From contig JAHQJS010000005.1 of the NCBI GenBank assembly GCA_019057385.1, positions 256,799 to 320,798 on the forward strand: a DNA stretch of 64,000 nt. Direction: 5' to 3'. The notes below the pieces were generated by a model. That model ran no database searches. It was given only the letters and a program-made list of their open reading frames with translations, and was not told where the DNA came from. Position 1 is the stretch's first letter, and every line of letters starts with the position of its first letter. The position numbers were made by a program, and so were the translations under genes. Source of the stretch: Candidatus Borrarchaeum weybense (GTDB taxonomy: Archaea; Asgardarchaeota; Sifarchaeia; Borrarchaeales; Borrarchaeaceae). This document shows, piece by piece, positions 49,205-59,647 of the stretch.

Positions 49205-50500
49205 TTGAAAATTTATATGGACACATACGGGTGTAGTGCAAACCAAGCAGCATCTGAGATTATGTTAGGCCTTCTTTCAAATAAATTTCAAATAATTTCA
49301 AAGAAAGATGAGGCAGATGTAATAATCATCAATTCGTGTATAGTGAAATCACCTACAGAAGCAAAAATTCTTTTTCAAATTAAAAAAATCGTGCAAGAAT
49401 ACCCTCACAAAAAACTAATTGTTGCAGGATGCATGCCTGAAGTGTATTCCATGAAAATTAGAAAAACTGCGCCAAATGCAAGTATGATTGGAATACATCA
49501 TCTTTCAGAAATTGAGAATGTCGTTGACGACACTTTACGAGGAAAACAAAGAATTGAAATTGGGCATAATTCCAGTCCAAAGTTAGGATATCCTCGAATA
49601 AGGATTGATGATAGGATTGGAATTGTACAGATTGCCCAGGGTTGTATTTCAAATTGTACTTATTGTATTGTAAAGCGAGTCATGGGCCCATTAGTATCAT
49701 ATCCTGAAGAACTGATACTTGACGAAGTAAAAAGGTGCGTTCTTCAAGGATGTAAAGAGATTTGGCTAACTGCACAAGATACAACCGCATATGGATTAGA
49801 TAGAGGCAGCACCCTACCTTCCCTTTTACAGTCGATTATGCAAATCGATGGCAATTTTATGGTCAGAGTCGGTATGATGAACCCTGCCACAGCATATCCT
49901 TTAGTAGATGACTTGATTGAGGTTTTCAAGCATTCTAAACTCTATAAATTCATACATTTACCTCTTCAATCTGGTAGCAATGCAATTTTACGTCAAATGA
50001 AAAGAAATTATACCGTTGAACAGTACTTTGAGATTATAAAAAAATTTAGAACAGTCTTCCAGGACATTACACTATCTACAGACGTTATTGTAGGATTCCC
50101 TACCGAAACCGAGGCACAATTTAATGAATCGCTTAATGTAATAACACTGCTTCAACCCAGTTTAACAAATATTTCAAAATTCGGTCCAAGGGAAAAAACA
50201 CCTGCTGCAAAATTACCCCCTCTTTCAAGTCAAACGATAAAAGACCGCTCAAGAAAAATGACAGTACTTTGCCAAAAGATAACACGTGAGAAAAACAATG
50301 AATGGATAGGAAGAGAAGAAACCATTCTAATCGTAAGTAGAGGAAAAAAAGGCGGTTTAGAAGGACGAACCTATACCTATAAACCGGTTATCATTGATAC
50401 ACGAAACCACGAACTTATTGGTAAATTCGTAAATGTGAGTATAGTTGATGCAAAATATAGTCATCTACTTGGAACTCTCACTGAGGAATTTATTCGCTGA
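49205..50500 (+). CDS. mtaB: tRNA t6A37 methylthiotransferase (MtaB/CDKAL1-like)
   Basis: TYGCSAN, NSC.VK, GC...CTYC, H.PLQSGS, GFPTET, TRAM domain. Confidence 0.9.
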   Translation: MKIYMDTYGCSANQAASEIMLGLLSNKFQIISKKDEADVIIINSCIVKSPTEAKILFQIKKIVQEYPHKKLIVAGCMPEVYSMKIRKTAPNASMIGIHHLSEIENVVDDTLRGKQRIEIGHNSSPKLGYPRIRIDDRIGIVQIAQGCISNCTYCIVKRVMGPLVSYPEELILDEVKRCVLQGCKEIWLTAQDTTAYGLDRGSTLPSLLQSIMQIDGNFMVRVGMMNPATAYPLVDDLIEVFKHSKLYKFIHLPLQSGSNAILRQMKRNYTVEQYFEIIKKFRTVFQDITLSTDVIVGFPTETEAQFNESLNVITLLQPSLTNISKFGPREKTPAAKLPPLSSQTIKDRSRKMTVLCQKITREKNNEWIGREETILIVSRGKKGGLEGRTYTYKPVIIDTRNHELIGKFVNVSIVDAKYSHLLGTLTEEFIR

Positions 50501-50645
50501 GTATCGAATAAACTCATTTTCTAAGGCGTATTTGTGGAATCATATGAGGGTAACATGAGCGTAGTAAAAAGCCTTTTTATTAATAAAACGACATTTTTCA
50601 TTTTAACTGAAATCATTTCGACATAAATCCCCTTACTGACCTGTC

Positions 50646-50653
50646 TTTAAATA
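50646..50653 (+). promoter_or_regulatory. TATA box upstream of cdrS-ftsZ
   Basis: TTTAAATA about 90-110 nt upstream of the RHH gene. Confidence 0.45.
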
Positions 50654-50742
50654 TACCGTTTCAATGACATTGTCCTAAAATCCCCAATCTATAGGATCTG
50701 TAACAGGGCAAGGAGACGTCGTTAACTTGACAAGTTGGCAGG

Positions 50743-50964
50743 GTGCGAAAGGGAACCGAGAGGAGGTTGATAAGAATTAAGCTCGTTACTGTCCACCTCC
50801 CAGCTGGGTTTATCTCTGGATTAGATAGACTAGTTGAGGAGGAAAAATACCCTAATCGATCGGAAGTAATCAGAATAGCTATCCGTGATCTATTGAAAAA
50901 GGAATTATGGGAAAGTCTAGGTTTTCCAGGTTTTCCGAACCCTACTCCGTTAGAAATAAGATGA
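50743..50964 (+). CDS. cdrS: Ribbon-helix-helix regulator (CdrS-like)
   Basis: VTVHLP..LD.LV....YPNRSEVIR.AIRDLL, directly upstream of ftsZ. Confidence 0.8.
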   Translation: MRKGTERRLIRIKLVTVHLPAGFISGLDRLVEEEKYPNRSEVIRIAIRDLLKKELWESLGFPGFPNPTPLEIR

Positions 50965-51002
50965 ATTTTTATTGACATTAAGGTGACATGGAGATCATGC
51001 CA

Positions 51003-52094
51003 ATGAAATTATTAATTGAGAATGCAAAGAAGCATATACTTGAAACAAAAGATCTACACAATGGCTTAAGAGAGCCTGGTCGTGCAAGGATTGTAGTTAT
51101 GGGATGTGGAGGCGGAGGATGTAATACCGTAGATCGTTTAATGAAATTAGGTATTGAAGGTGCAGAATGTATTGCTGTGAATACAGATCAACAGCATCTT
51201 AGTCAAGTGCAAGCAAATCAACATATCCTTATAGGGCGGCATATTACACGCGGCTTAGGGGCAGGAGGATATCCTGAAATTGGAGCTGCGTCAGCAGAAG
51301 AGTCTAGAAGAGAATTAACGGAATTTTTAAGAGATGCAGATCTGGTTTTTGTTTCAGCTGGTCTAGGTGGAGGTACTGGTACGGGAGCCGCACCTACTGT
51401 TGCTGAAATTGCTAAAGAGAATGATGCAATAGTGGTAGGTGTTGTTACTACACCATTTGAAGTAGAACGTGCACGGAATGAAAAGGCACGAGAAGGATTA
51501 AGAAATCTACGAAGACACGCTGATACCGTTATTGTGATTGACAATAATAAACTACTTGATATTGCGCCTCAACTTCCAATTGATGCAGCATTTAGCGTTG
51601 CTGATGAAGTTTTAGCTCGCTTTGTAAAGGGCATTACAGAGACCATATCATTGCCGAGCCTCATTAATCTTGATTATGCTGATGTCCGAACCGTTATGAC
51701 GGATGGGGGCGTCGCAATGGTCGGAGTTGGAGAATCAGGAGAAAAGAATCGAGTAGAAGACGCTGTTAATGCAGCATTAAAGTGTCCGCTGCTTGAGTTG
51801 GATATCACTGGTGCTACCGCTGCCTTGATTCACGTGAGCGGTGGAACTGATATGACGCTTGAGGAGGCAACAAAAGCTGCAGATATCGTTGCAAAAAGAT
51901 TAGCGAGCAATGCAATGGTGATTTGGGGTGCACGTCAAGATCCTGAACTGAGAGATATGATTCGAGTTATGTTAATTGTCACTGGTGTACAGAGCCCTCA
52001 AGTATTTGGACCTCAAGAAAACCATTTCTGGAATCAAAAAGGACCAAGAGATTTTTCTGATTTTGATTTGCCGGGCGATATTCCAAAACTTTAG
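51003..52094 (+). CDS. ftsZ: Cell division protein FtsZ
   Basis: GCGGGGCN, NTD, GLGAGG.PE, GLGGGTGTG, NLDYAD. Confidence 0.97.
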   Translation: MKLLIENAKKHILETKDLHNGLREPGRARIVVMGCGGGGCNTVDRLMKLGIEGAECIAVNTDQQHLSQVQANQHILIGRHITRGLGAGGYPEIGAASAEESRRELTEFLRDADLVFVSAGLGGGTGTGAAPTVAEIAKENDAIVVGVVTTPFEVERARNEKAREGLRNLRRHADTVIVIDNNKLLDIAPQLPIDAAFSVADEVLARFVKGITETISLPSLINLDYADVRTVMTDGGVAMVGVGESGEKNRVEDAVNAALKCPLLELDITGATAALIHVSGGTDMTLEEATKAADIVAKRLASNAMVIWGARQDPELRDMIRVMLIVTGVQSPQVFGPQENHFWNQKGPRDFSDFDLPGDIPKL

Positions 52095-52121
52095 CTAAAC
52101 TCCCCCTTCTATTTTTTTTAT

Positions 52122-52372
52122 AGATGTCTCGCAAGAAGACCCCCCCAACTAGTTGGGGGATGAAGTGCGTTTGTTCACTTTCACAATGGTCTACAATCCT
52201 TAAATAGGTATGTGCACCTAGAGAGTAAGTAGAATTGAGCTGAGGTCACACTCGCCAGTTCTCAAATTAACATCAAGTTCAGGGCAGGAACTGCCCGTTG
52301 AGCCTGTTTGACATGCTCCGCTGGGAGATGAATGATTCAGGAAGCCATTCAACTTGTTGGATGGTAGTTCAC
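52122..52372 (+). mobile_element. 251-bp non-autonomous IS200/IS605 derivative carrying promoter plus omega-RNA scaffold, no ORF
   Basis: Left end, CTTAAATA box and 92-nt right-end scaffold homologous to 28699-30079; ends GGTAGTTCAC. Confidence 0.88.
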
Positions 52373-52549
52373 AATTCGATACAGGCGCTCTACAAACACT
52401 TAGTGAGATTAAGCCAATTTCCTAGGTTCATCAAAGGTATCAAGCTATTTTTGAGGAAAGATATTTGAATCAAAACCTATTTGCTAAGAACGTCTGATAA
52501 GAAAGTAAATCTATTTTTCATATAGTACATTTTTTCAGGTAGTTAAGAA

Positions 52550-53269
52550 ATGAAAATTGATCTTCATGTGCATACACATCTTTCGTCAGATGCCTGGATC
52601 CCTCTAAATAAAGATCTTGTACGCGTATTAAAAAAACGAGGTATTCAAGGTATAGCAATTACGGATCACAATACCTTTAAGGGTGTGGTTAAAGCTAAAA
52701 AACTTCTGGAAAAAGAGGGAATTTTTGTTATTCCAGGTGAAGAAGTTAAAACAACTAAAAAAGGAGAGTTATTGTGCCTTTTTATAAATGAAGAAATATG
52801 TTCCCCAGGATTGAAAAAATATAGGTTTCTTGAAGTGGTGGATAAAGTCAAAGAACAAGATGGCTTAGTTGGATTGAGTCATCCTTTAGATTTTTCACGA
52901 AAGAACTGGATTAGTGAAATGCAGATTGATTGGATTAACAAATATATTGACATAATAGAAGCATATAACGCAAGGTGTAATCTGCATTTAATGAATAAAA
53001 GGGCGTATTCCTTCTGCATCAATCATAATATACCTTTTACTGCAGGAAGCGATGCACATTTTTTGATGGAAATTGGTCGCGGATGTCTTGTGCTTGATGA
53101 ACAAGAAGAAACCATAGAAGCGATACGACGTCAAATTATGTCTGGCAATAGTTGTAAGTTATGGAATAGTAACTCATTACCCTTTGTTAATGTCTCAAGT
53201 ATTTGCCTTCATGCACTTACAGGCATTTCACAAGCTTTTTGGCCAATCGGCCGATATTTTTCAACCTGA
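52550..53269 (+). CDS. PHP-domain metallophosphoesterase
   Basis: DLHVHT, ITDHN, GEEV, SHP, GSDAH. Confidence 0.9.
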   Translation: MKIDLHVHTHLSSDAWIPLNKDLVRVLKKRGIQGIAITDHNTFKGVVKAKKLLEKEGIFVIPGEEVKTTKKGELLCLFINEEICSPGLKKYRFLEVVDKVKEQDGLVGLSHPLDFSRKNWISEMQIDWINKYIDIIEAYNARCNLHLMNKRAYSFCINHNIPFTAGSDAHFLMEIGRGCLVLDEQEETIEAIRRQIMSGNSCKLWNSNSLPFVNVSSICLHALTGISQAFWPIGRYFST

Positions 53270-53290
53270 GGGTATATTGTTAGAGATGGT

Positions 53291-53755
53291 TCATTTGTAT
53301 TTCACTATTTCGATATCAGCTTCTGTGAGTAATTTCAAGGACAATTCATCGGTATAATGATCTCTATAAACAATTTTTTTGATCCCAGCATTAATAAGCA
53401 TCTTGGCACAAATTGAGCATGGGAAATTCGTAACAAATAGTGTAGAGTCCTTAATATTGACCCCATGTCTTGCCGCTTGAATAATAACATTTTGTTCAGC
53501 ATGTACGCCGCGACAGAGTTCGGCTCTTTCGCCAGAAGGAACTTTTAGCTCTTCTCGCAAACATGTTTTACAATGTGGCAACCCTCTTGGTGCACCATTA
53601 TATCCTGTAGCTAGCACTTGACCATCTTTGACGAGCACTGCGCCAACAGCCCGTCGGAGACAGGTACTTCTTTTTCTTACCACATCACATATATCAAGAA
53701 AGGTTTCGTCGGCGGTTGGTCTTTTTTTTGGGTCTCTTTTAGAATTTGTGGTCAA
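53291..53755 (-). CDS. dCMP deaminase family protein
   Basis: RSTC.RR.VGA, TGYNG, HAEQN, PCSICAK. Confidence 0.92.
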   Translation of the reverse strand: MTTNSKRDPKKRPTADETFLDICDVVRKRSTCLRRAVGAVLVKDGQVLATGYNGAPRGLPHCKTCLREELKVPSGERAELCRGVHAEQNVIIQAARHGVNIKDSTLFVTNFPCSICAKMLINAGIKKIVYRDHYTDELSLKLLTEADIEIVKYK

Positions 53756-53967
53756 TTGATTCTACCCCGTTAAGTCTCTAATCGATGGTTTTATGCATTG
53801 TGTTTTTAGCAATTACTTTGTCGAACTTGAATGTTTTCAATATTTCAGCTTATTGATATTAAAAATCATTTATTTTTGATTCTCTAACGATAATTTCTTT
53901 TCACCAGAGGTCCCAAGTTTCCAAAATCTTAATAGCTTTAAAAAATAAGTGAGGAGATCAGGTTAGT

Positions 53968-55425
53968 TCATTCATTCGAAGATCGATATTGAAGCTCTCC
54001 ACAATCATTACAATATTTTGCATTCTTAGGCAGAAAACGGCCGCAATTAATACAGTGTTTTGATTCGAGAGGGTCACTCGATGAAAATGTGTCTGATTCC
54101 AATTTTTCTCTGTCAAGTTTCTTGCTTTTTGATTCTGACGGCTCATTATCTTCTAAAACTCGCATAGATCTCTCTATTTCATTTCTGATATCAGAATTGA
54201 TGATGTTTCGCATTCTTTCGTCCGGTCCAAACACATTAAACTTAAGGGCAAAGTACTTTGCATTGTCATGGTCGGTTAATGGTCCTAAAATATTAAGCTG
54301 CGCTGCATAAATCTGTCTGTGTATTGTTCCTTCAGTTAGGCCTTTAATTGCGCCGGTAAAAAAGTCTGACACGACTTCAGATTCCTCGTGGACTACATGA
54401 ATATTTAGTAATTCTAATGACTTTTTTATGCGCGAAAACACATCTTCTCCAACCTTGTGCTGTGCAAGAATATAGAGTTCAATATGATGCCCATGTTCAT
54501 TTTTTGTTTTGTATTCCTCAAAAAACTCCAAAGACTTGTCTAATTTTCTGAGAAACTTATATGCGGAATGAACGCGATATGAATCATTTGAGATCGTTTG
54601 AATTACATTTTTTGGATCAAGAAAAGAGATAGTTGAAAAGAAAGAGCCATCTAAAAAGTCTTGTGTGCTTTTAAACATGAATTCATAATCGGAAATAGTT
54701 TTTGAAAACACTTGCGTTCTTTGTTGCATTAATGGTTGCTCAGGTTGTAAGCTAGGTGGATGACTAATTATGACAACAACTACTTCGGAAATATCTGATG
54801 AAAAATCATTGCATAAAGAAAGTCGATAGTGTACTTTATTTTTAAGCACAGTAATTCTTTGGCTAATTGAGATCTCATCAGTAATGTTTTTTGGTTCATA
54901 TTTGTCAGGAATAGCTTTTTTCATTAAGGTTGGATCTTTCACTTTTTTAGTTCTGGTTGGAGCGACGCGAGGTTTTCCAGCAACAATATTTTGTTGAATC
55001 TTTTCGACTGCAATTCTTACGTCGATTAAAGGATCTTCTAATGCCTTTGCTAAGGTTGGCGTCAGAACCTTTACATGGTTCGAATATTCTCTGGATATCT
55101 CAACTAATGTATTTGCTGCATAACGGCGAACGTTTGCGTCATTGTCTAACAATGCATTTCCGATCTCGTCCAGTAGTGGTAATAGAGCGTAGGAATCCTT
55201 GATAGAAAGAGTATATAATGTCCAAGCAATAAGCCCTCGAACACCAGGCGCGGGGTCAGATAAGTAACCGCCGAGATCATCGATTCGACCGCTAAGGGCG
55301 TCAGGTTCGCTTATGCTAATATTCCAAATGGTAGACGCTGCCTCTATTCGTTCTTCGGTGTTCTTGCTATTTTCCAGTTCATCAAAAGCAGTTCTAAGGA
55401 TTTCATGAAGTTGATTTCCCTTCAC
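53968..55425 (-). CDS. HEAT-repeat plus Ig-like/platform (adaptin/COP appendage-like) plus zinc-ribbon protein
   Basis: L.D....VR..AA..L repeats, beta-rich middle region, C-terminal CINC..CNDC. Confidence 0.6.
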   Translation of the reverse strand: MKGNQLHEILRTAFDELENSKNTEERIEAASTIWNISISEPDALSGRIDDLGGYLSDPAPGVRGLIAWTLYTLSIKDSYALLPLLDEIGNALLDNDANVRRYAANTLVEISREYSNHVKVLTPTLAKALEDPLIDVRIAVEKIQQNIVAGKPRVAPTRTKKVKDPTLMKKAIPDKYEPKNITDEISISQRITVLKNKVHYRLSLCNDFSSDISEVVVVIISHPPSLQPEQPLMQQRTQVFSKTISDYEFMFKSTQDFLDGSFFSTISFLDPKNVIQTISNDSYRVHSAYKFLRKLDKSLEFFEEYKTKNEHGHHIELYILAQHKVGEDVFSRIKKSLELLNIHVVHEESEVVSDFFTGAIKGLTEGTIHRQIYAAQLNILGPLTDHDNAKYFALKFNVFGPDERMRNIINSDIRNEIERSMRVLEDNEPSESKSKKLDREKLESDTFSSSDPLESKHCINCGRFLPKNAKYCNDCGELQYRSSNE

Positions 55426-55512
55426 CAGCAGCCTCTCTTCACAAGTAGTTCTTGATTTTATTGCTAGCTATATACTATGAAACTTCACATATTTTATGAT
55501 TTTCATAGTGTT

Positions 55513-57309
55513 TTAACTATTCTTCATTCCTGAAACATAATAGTATTCGCCTTCCTCTTTCTGAAGACGATCCAGTTTTGAGCCTTCTTTATTTACACGA
55601 GGCCTTCCTGTTTGTGGATCACGTCTAAAAGTTATCCCCATCAATTTTAAAAATTTATTCATCCCTGAACGTAAATCAACTGGCTTCATTGCGTATCCTT
55701 CAACAGCTGGTTGACCAGAGAAAATCATGAGACGATCTGATATAAAATCAATGGTTACGATGTCGTGCTCAACAACAAATGCCACAACATCTCTGCTCTC
55801 AGCTATTTTCTTAATGGCACGCGCTGCTGCTAGTCTTTGCTCTACATCAAGAAATGCACTTGGTTCGTCTAAAAGGTAAATATCAGCTGGACGTGCTAAA
55901 CACAAAGCTATCGCAACACGCTGTAGTTCTCCACCACTTAAACTATCTATAGAACAGTCAAGCAATGGGTCGATTGTTAATGGTCTGTTCACTTCTGATT
56001 TGAACCATTCTGTATTGATAACTTTGCCTATTTCTTCGCGAAACAGTTCTTTAACGCTACCATCAAACTTAGGAGAGATATATTGAGGTTTATGACTCAC
56101 TTTTAAATCTTCAGATGGCACTTCGCCTTTATCTGGTTCTTCTATTCCAGCTAATAATTTAATGAAAGTGCTCTTTCCAAGTGCGTTGGCGCCAAGAATT
56201 CCTATTACTTCTCCGATAAATACTTTTCCTCCCTCTGTGGTGAGTTTAAATCCATCATAACGTTTCTCCATCTCTTCAAAATCGAAAAGTGCCTTACCGA
56301 CAGGTTTGGATCTTGGTGGTCTCAAATGAAATTGAATTGCATCCTTCCTAAATCTCATATTCTCAGATGGAAGATAGCCATCAAGAAATATATTGATACC
56401 TTCACGTACTCCATGCGGATGACTGACTACACCAAAGACAGCAGGTTCACCGTATAGCACGCAAACATATTCAGAGAGATAATCTAAAATTGCCAAGTCG
56501 TGTTCGACCACAATAACTGTTTTTCCTTCTTTTGCTAGTCTTTGAATGACTTTGGCAACTTCTACACGCTGGTAAATATCCAGATAAGATGAGGGTTCAT
56601 CAAACAAATAGACATCTGCATCTTTCAAAATCACCGCCGCGATAGCAACTCTTTGGAGTTCCCCGCCAGAGATCACACTAAGTTCTCTGTCCATTATCTT
56701 ATCTATCCGCAAGTCTTCAATAATGCTTTTTAACATATTTCGTTCGTTTACTTTTTCAAGCAGTTCAGATACGACCCCTTTTGTTACATTGGGTATTTTG
56801 TCCACGTATTGAGGTTTTTGAACAACACGTATAGACTCTGTTGAAAGTTTCTCAAAATAAGATTGTAACTCAGAGCCTCTGTAAGCAGTAATTATCTCAT
56901 CCCATTCAGGTGGTTCATCATAGAGGCCGAAATTTGGTTTGAAATCTCCTGAAAGGATTTTTAATGCAGTTGATTTACCAGTACCATTCTGCCCGATAAG
57001 TCCAGTCACTTTCTCTGGTCTCGGAATCGGTAAGCGGTATAATACAAATCTATTAGCTCCATAACGATATGAAACATCCTTTTCCAGTTCTGCAGGTAAA
57101 TTCACGACGTGTATTGCCCCAAATGGGCATTTCTTTACACAGATTCCAGTGCCAGTGCATAGATTCTCTGCGATTCTAGCTTTACCGGTTTCTGGATCAA
57201 GTGTAATCGTTTCTTCGCCCATGCGGACTCCTGGGCAATATTTTATGCACACGAGTCCACAATCTTTTGGTTTACATCGATCAGGTTCTACAATTGCGAT
57301 TCTTGGCAT
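55513..57309 (-). CDS. rli: Ribosome recycling ATPase ABCE1/Rli1
   Basis: N-terminal FeS Cys cluster, two ABC domains (GQNGTGKST, SGGELQR), TFRRD, RPRVNK. Confidence 0.97.
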   Translation of the reverse strand: MPRIAIVEPDRCKPKDCGLVCIKYCPGVRMGEETITLDPETGKARIAENLCTGTGICVKKCPFGAIHVVNLPAELEKDVSYRYGANRFVLYRLPIPRPEKVTGLIGQNGTGKSTALKILSGDFKPNFGLYDEPPEWDEIITAYRGSELQSYFEKLSTESIRVVQKPQYVDKIPNVTKGVVSELLEKVNERNMLKSIIEDLRIDKIMDRELSVISGGELQRVAIAAVILKDADVYLFDEPSSYLDIYQRVEVAKVIQRLAKEGKTVIVVEHDLAILDYLSEYVCVLYGEPAVFGVVSHPHGVREGINIFLDGYLPSENMRFRKDAIQFHLRPPRSKPVGKALFDFEEMEKRYDGFKLTTEGGKVFIGEVIGILGANALGKSTFIKLLAGIEEPDKGEVPSEDLKVSHKPQYISPKFDGSVKELFREEIGKVINTEWFKSEVNRPLTIDPLLDCSIDSLSGGELQRVAIALCLARPADIYLLDEPSAFLDVEQRLAAARAIKKIAESRDVVAFVVEHDIVTIDFISDRLMIFSGQPAVEGYAMKPVDLRSGMNKFLKLMGITFRRDPQTGRPRVNKEGSKLDRLQKEEGEYYYVSGMKNS

Positions 57310-57333
57310 TTAAGTCACTTGTAACGTGATTTG

Positions 57334-58578
57334 TTAGAGATAAAAACGAATATGTTCTGGCAAGGCGAGTTCGGTTTCTTCTAATCTTCTTTTCACTTCA
57401 TTCTCAATGATTGATGGAGTCAAAGTGCGAATTTGTTCGGGGCTGAAAGCACCAATATCAGTGATTATCAGATCGATGAGATTTGCTGGAGTTATGTCAA
57501 ATGCGGGATTATATAGCACAAATTTTCCTTTTTCAGGCTTAGACACTATTGTTTCGCTAGGTGGCCACTCGTCCAAAGCGTTTTGGGATAGTATTCCCTT
57601 TCGTTTCTTCTCCTGAGCGTCAAGCTTGTAGGGTTCAGACATTTCGTCAATAGAGCGTTCTTCTATTGTTATATCACTTCCCGGTGTTTCTAGGTCAATA
57701 GTGCTGTACGAAGTGGCATAATAAAAGTGTACGTCATCATAAAATCGTGCAATACGTGCAATATCAGAAGAACCTATCTTATTTGCAACACCACCATCAC
57801 TACCGACTCTATCAACTCCTAAAATTATTTTATTGACCTTAAAGCGCTTAAACGCTTGTGTTATCATATTATCTGTAATAATAACTACAGGCACGCCTGC
57901 TCTATTCAATTCCCATGTCGTAAGACGATATCCCTGACTTCGGGGTCGAGTTTCTTTGGAGACTACTGTAAGATCAACACCCTTCGTATATGCTTCTTCT
58001 AACATGCCTAATGCATGACCCCCATATGTGGAACTTAGTGATCCTCCATTACAATGAGTCATTATAACATCGCCATCTTCAAGGTACTTCATTCCTTCTT
58101 CTCTGAGGTAATTGCCTAAGATCAGATCAGAAGCAAGGATATAATCTGCAGTTTCTTTAACTGCATTGACAACCGAATTAACATCAGCAGTTATATCAAA
58201 CGCTTTAATCGCAGCGTGCATTGTAAGATCAACAGCCCAGAAAAGAGGGGCTGCTGTAGGTCTGCTACTTTTCACAAATTTCGCAGCTTCCTCCATATTC
58301 TTGATCATTTCGCGTCCTGTCGATTGAAATTGCTTTGCTGCTAAAACCATACAATATGCGGCACATACACCTAGGGCCTGACTACCTCGAATACGCATTT
58401 CTTTGATCCCTTGAATAGCGCCTACCTTGTAATCAGTTGTTGACCAATGTGTCATCTCATATGGGAGTTTTAACTGATCTAAAAGGACCATTTCATCCTT
58501 CTCTTCGTTCCAATATACAGTTAGTGGGATTTTTGTATGTTTGTGGACATATAACTCATCTTCAAATGCAAAATTCAT
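57334..58578 (-). CDS. mtnA: Methylthioribose-1-phosphate isomerase / eIF2B-family protein
   Basis: LLDQ.KLP, MRIRGS, SRPTA, THCNGG, ETRP..QG.RLT, ANKIG, NPAFD.TP. Confidence 0.8.
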   Translation of the reverse strand: MNFAFEDELYVHKHTKIPLTVYWNEEKDEMVLLDQLKLPYEMTHWSTTDYKVGAIQGIKEMRIRGSQALGVCAAYCMVLAAKQFQSTGREMIKNMEEAAKFVKSSRPTAAPLFWAVDLTMHAAIKAFDITADVNSVVNAVKETADYILASDLILGNYLREEGMKYLEDGDVIMTHCNGGSLSSTYGGHALGMLEEAYTKGVDLTVVSKETRPRSQGYRLTTWELNRAGVPVVIITDNMITQAFKRFKVNKIILGVDRVGSDGGVANKIGSSDIARIARFYDDVHFYYATSYSTIDLETPGSDITIEERSIDEMSEPYKLDAQEKKRKGILSQNALDEWPPSETIVSKPEKGKFVLYNPAFDITPANLIDLIITDIGAFSPEQIRTLTPSIIENEVKRRLEETELALPEHIRFYL

Positions 58579-58716
58579 TTTAAATAATAGTTGTGTAATA
58601 TTGACTGTCATCTTTGGTTTCCCTCATCCACCAATTTTAAGAGAGTGTAGTTTTTAATCAATCGATTAACTTAAAAAGTTCCCTATTAAACAAGACAATG
58701 GAGAGTCAATATTAAA

Positions 58717-59490
58717 ATGCTTCACGCAATCTTCCTTTTAGATGCTAAGAGCGGCATTGAATACTTAAGCAAACAATTCTATGAAGATAAGTCCGAAAAT
58801 GAGACGGTTATTGATCCAACTTTAATTGCTGGTTTTCTCAATGCCATATTTAGTTTCTCAAGAGAAGCAAGAATAGGAAGACTATCAGAAGTCCAAGCAG
58901 AAGACTTGACTTTTGTGTATAGGGTTGACCAAGACGGACAGGTCCTCATTGTAGCATTAGTTGATTCTGAAACCGACAAAAATTTGTTAGAGGATATTTT
59001 ATCTAGTATTTCTACTCATTTTCGCGAACAATATCCAACAGTCGGTGCACAGTGGGCTTATGATTCTGTGTTTTTTGAGGATTTCGAAGTTGTTCTTGAT
59101 CAGATTTTTTACAAAGAGGTTACCGAATTTCTTTTAGAAGACTATCCTGATAAATTGGTTGCGCGAGTCCTTAAACTGTATCCTCTCTATTCTCTCAATA
59201 CTATTGAAGTACTTGGCGTGAACGCAGGTGCGTCTATTCGGGAAAAGGAAGGAAAAACAGACTTAAATAAGGAGCTTTCACAGTTTTCTGTTTCTGAAGT
59301 AAGCAAGGAAAAAGACAAAGTAGATCTAATTATGTGTCCTTTTTGCAGAGGAAAAAAACGCAGAAAACCGATGTGTAACTTTGTTACGGGATTCATCAAA
59401 GGATTTCTAGATTTGCCAGAAAATGCCGTTAAAGAGACTCATTGTTTTGCATGTGGGGATAATGTTTGCTCCTTTAAGGTTACTATTTAA
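58717..59490 (+). CDS. Longin-like domain fused to V4R (Bet3-like) domain
   Basis: AIFLL..KSG, DPTLIAGFLNAI; C-terminal CPFC, C.FV.GFI.G, ETHC...GD..C.F. Confidence 0.7.
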   Translation: MLHAIFLLDAKSGIEYLSKQFYEDKSENETVIDPTLIAGFLNAIFSFSREARIGRLSEVQAEDLTFVYRVDQDGQVLIVALVDSETDKNLLEDILSSISTHFREQYPTVGAQWAYDSVFFEDFEVVLDQIFYKEVTEFLLEDYPDKLVARVLKLYPLYSLNTIEVLGVNAGASIREKEGKTDLNKELSQFSVSEVSKEKDKVDLIMCPFCRGKKRRKPMCNFVTGFIKGFLDLPENAVKETHCFACGDNVCSFKVTI

Positions 59491-59647
59491 TAAGTAATAA
59501 AATATCTTTAATAAGGTTTAAATTAGTTTCAAACCGATTTCTTTTGTCTACAACTGCTTTAAATTCTGTAAAGCGTTTTATATTCAAATTTCGTTATCAT
59601 ATAAATTTTAATTAACATAAAATCATTAATTTCATTTTAATATTATT

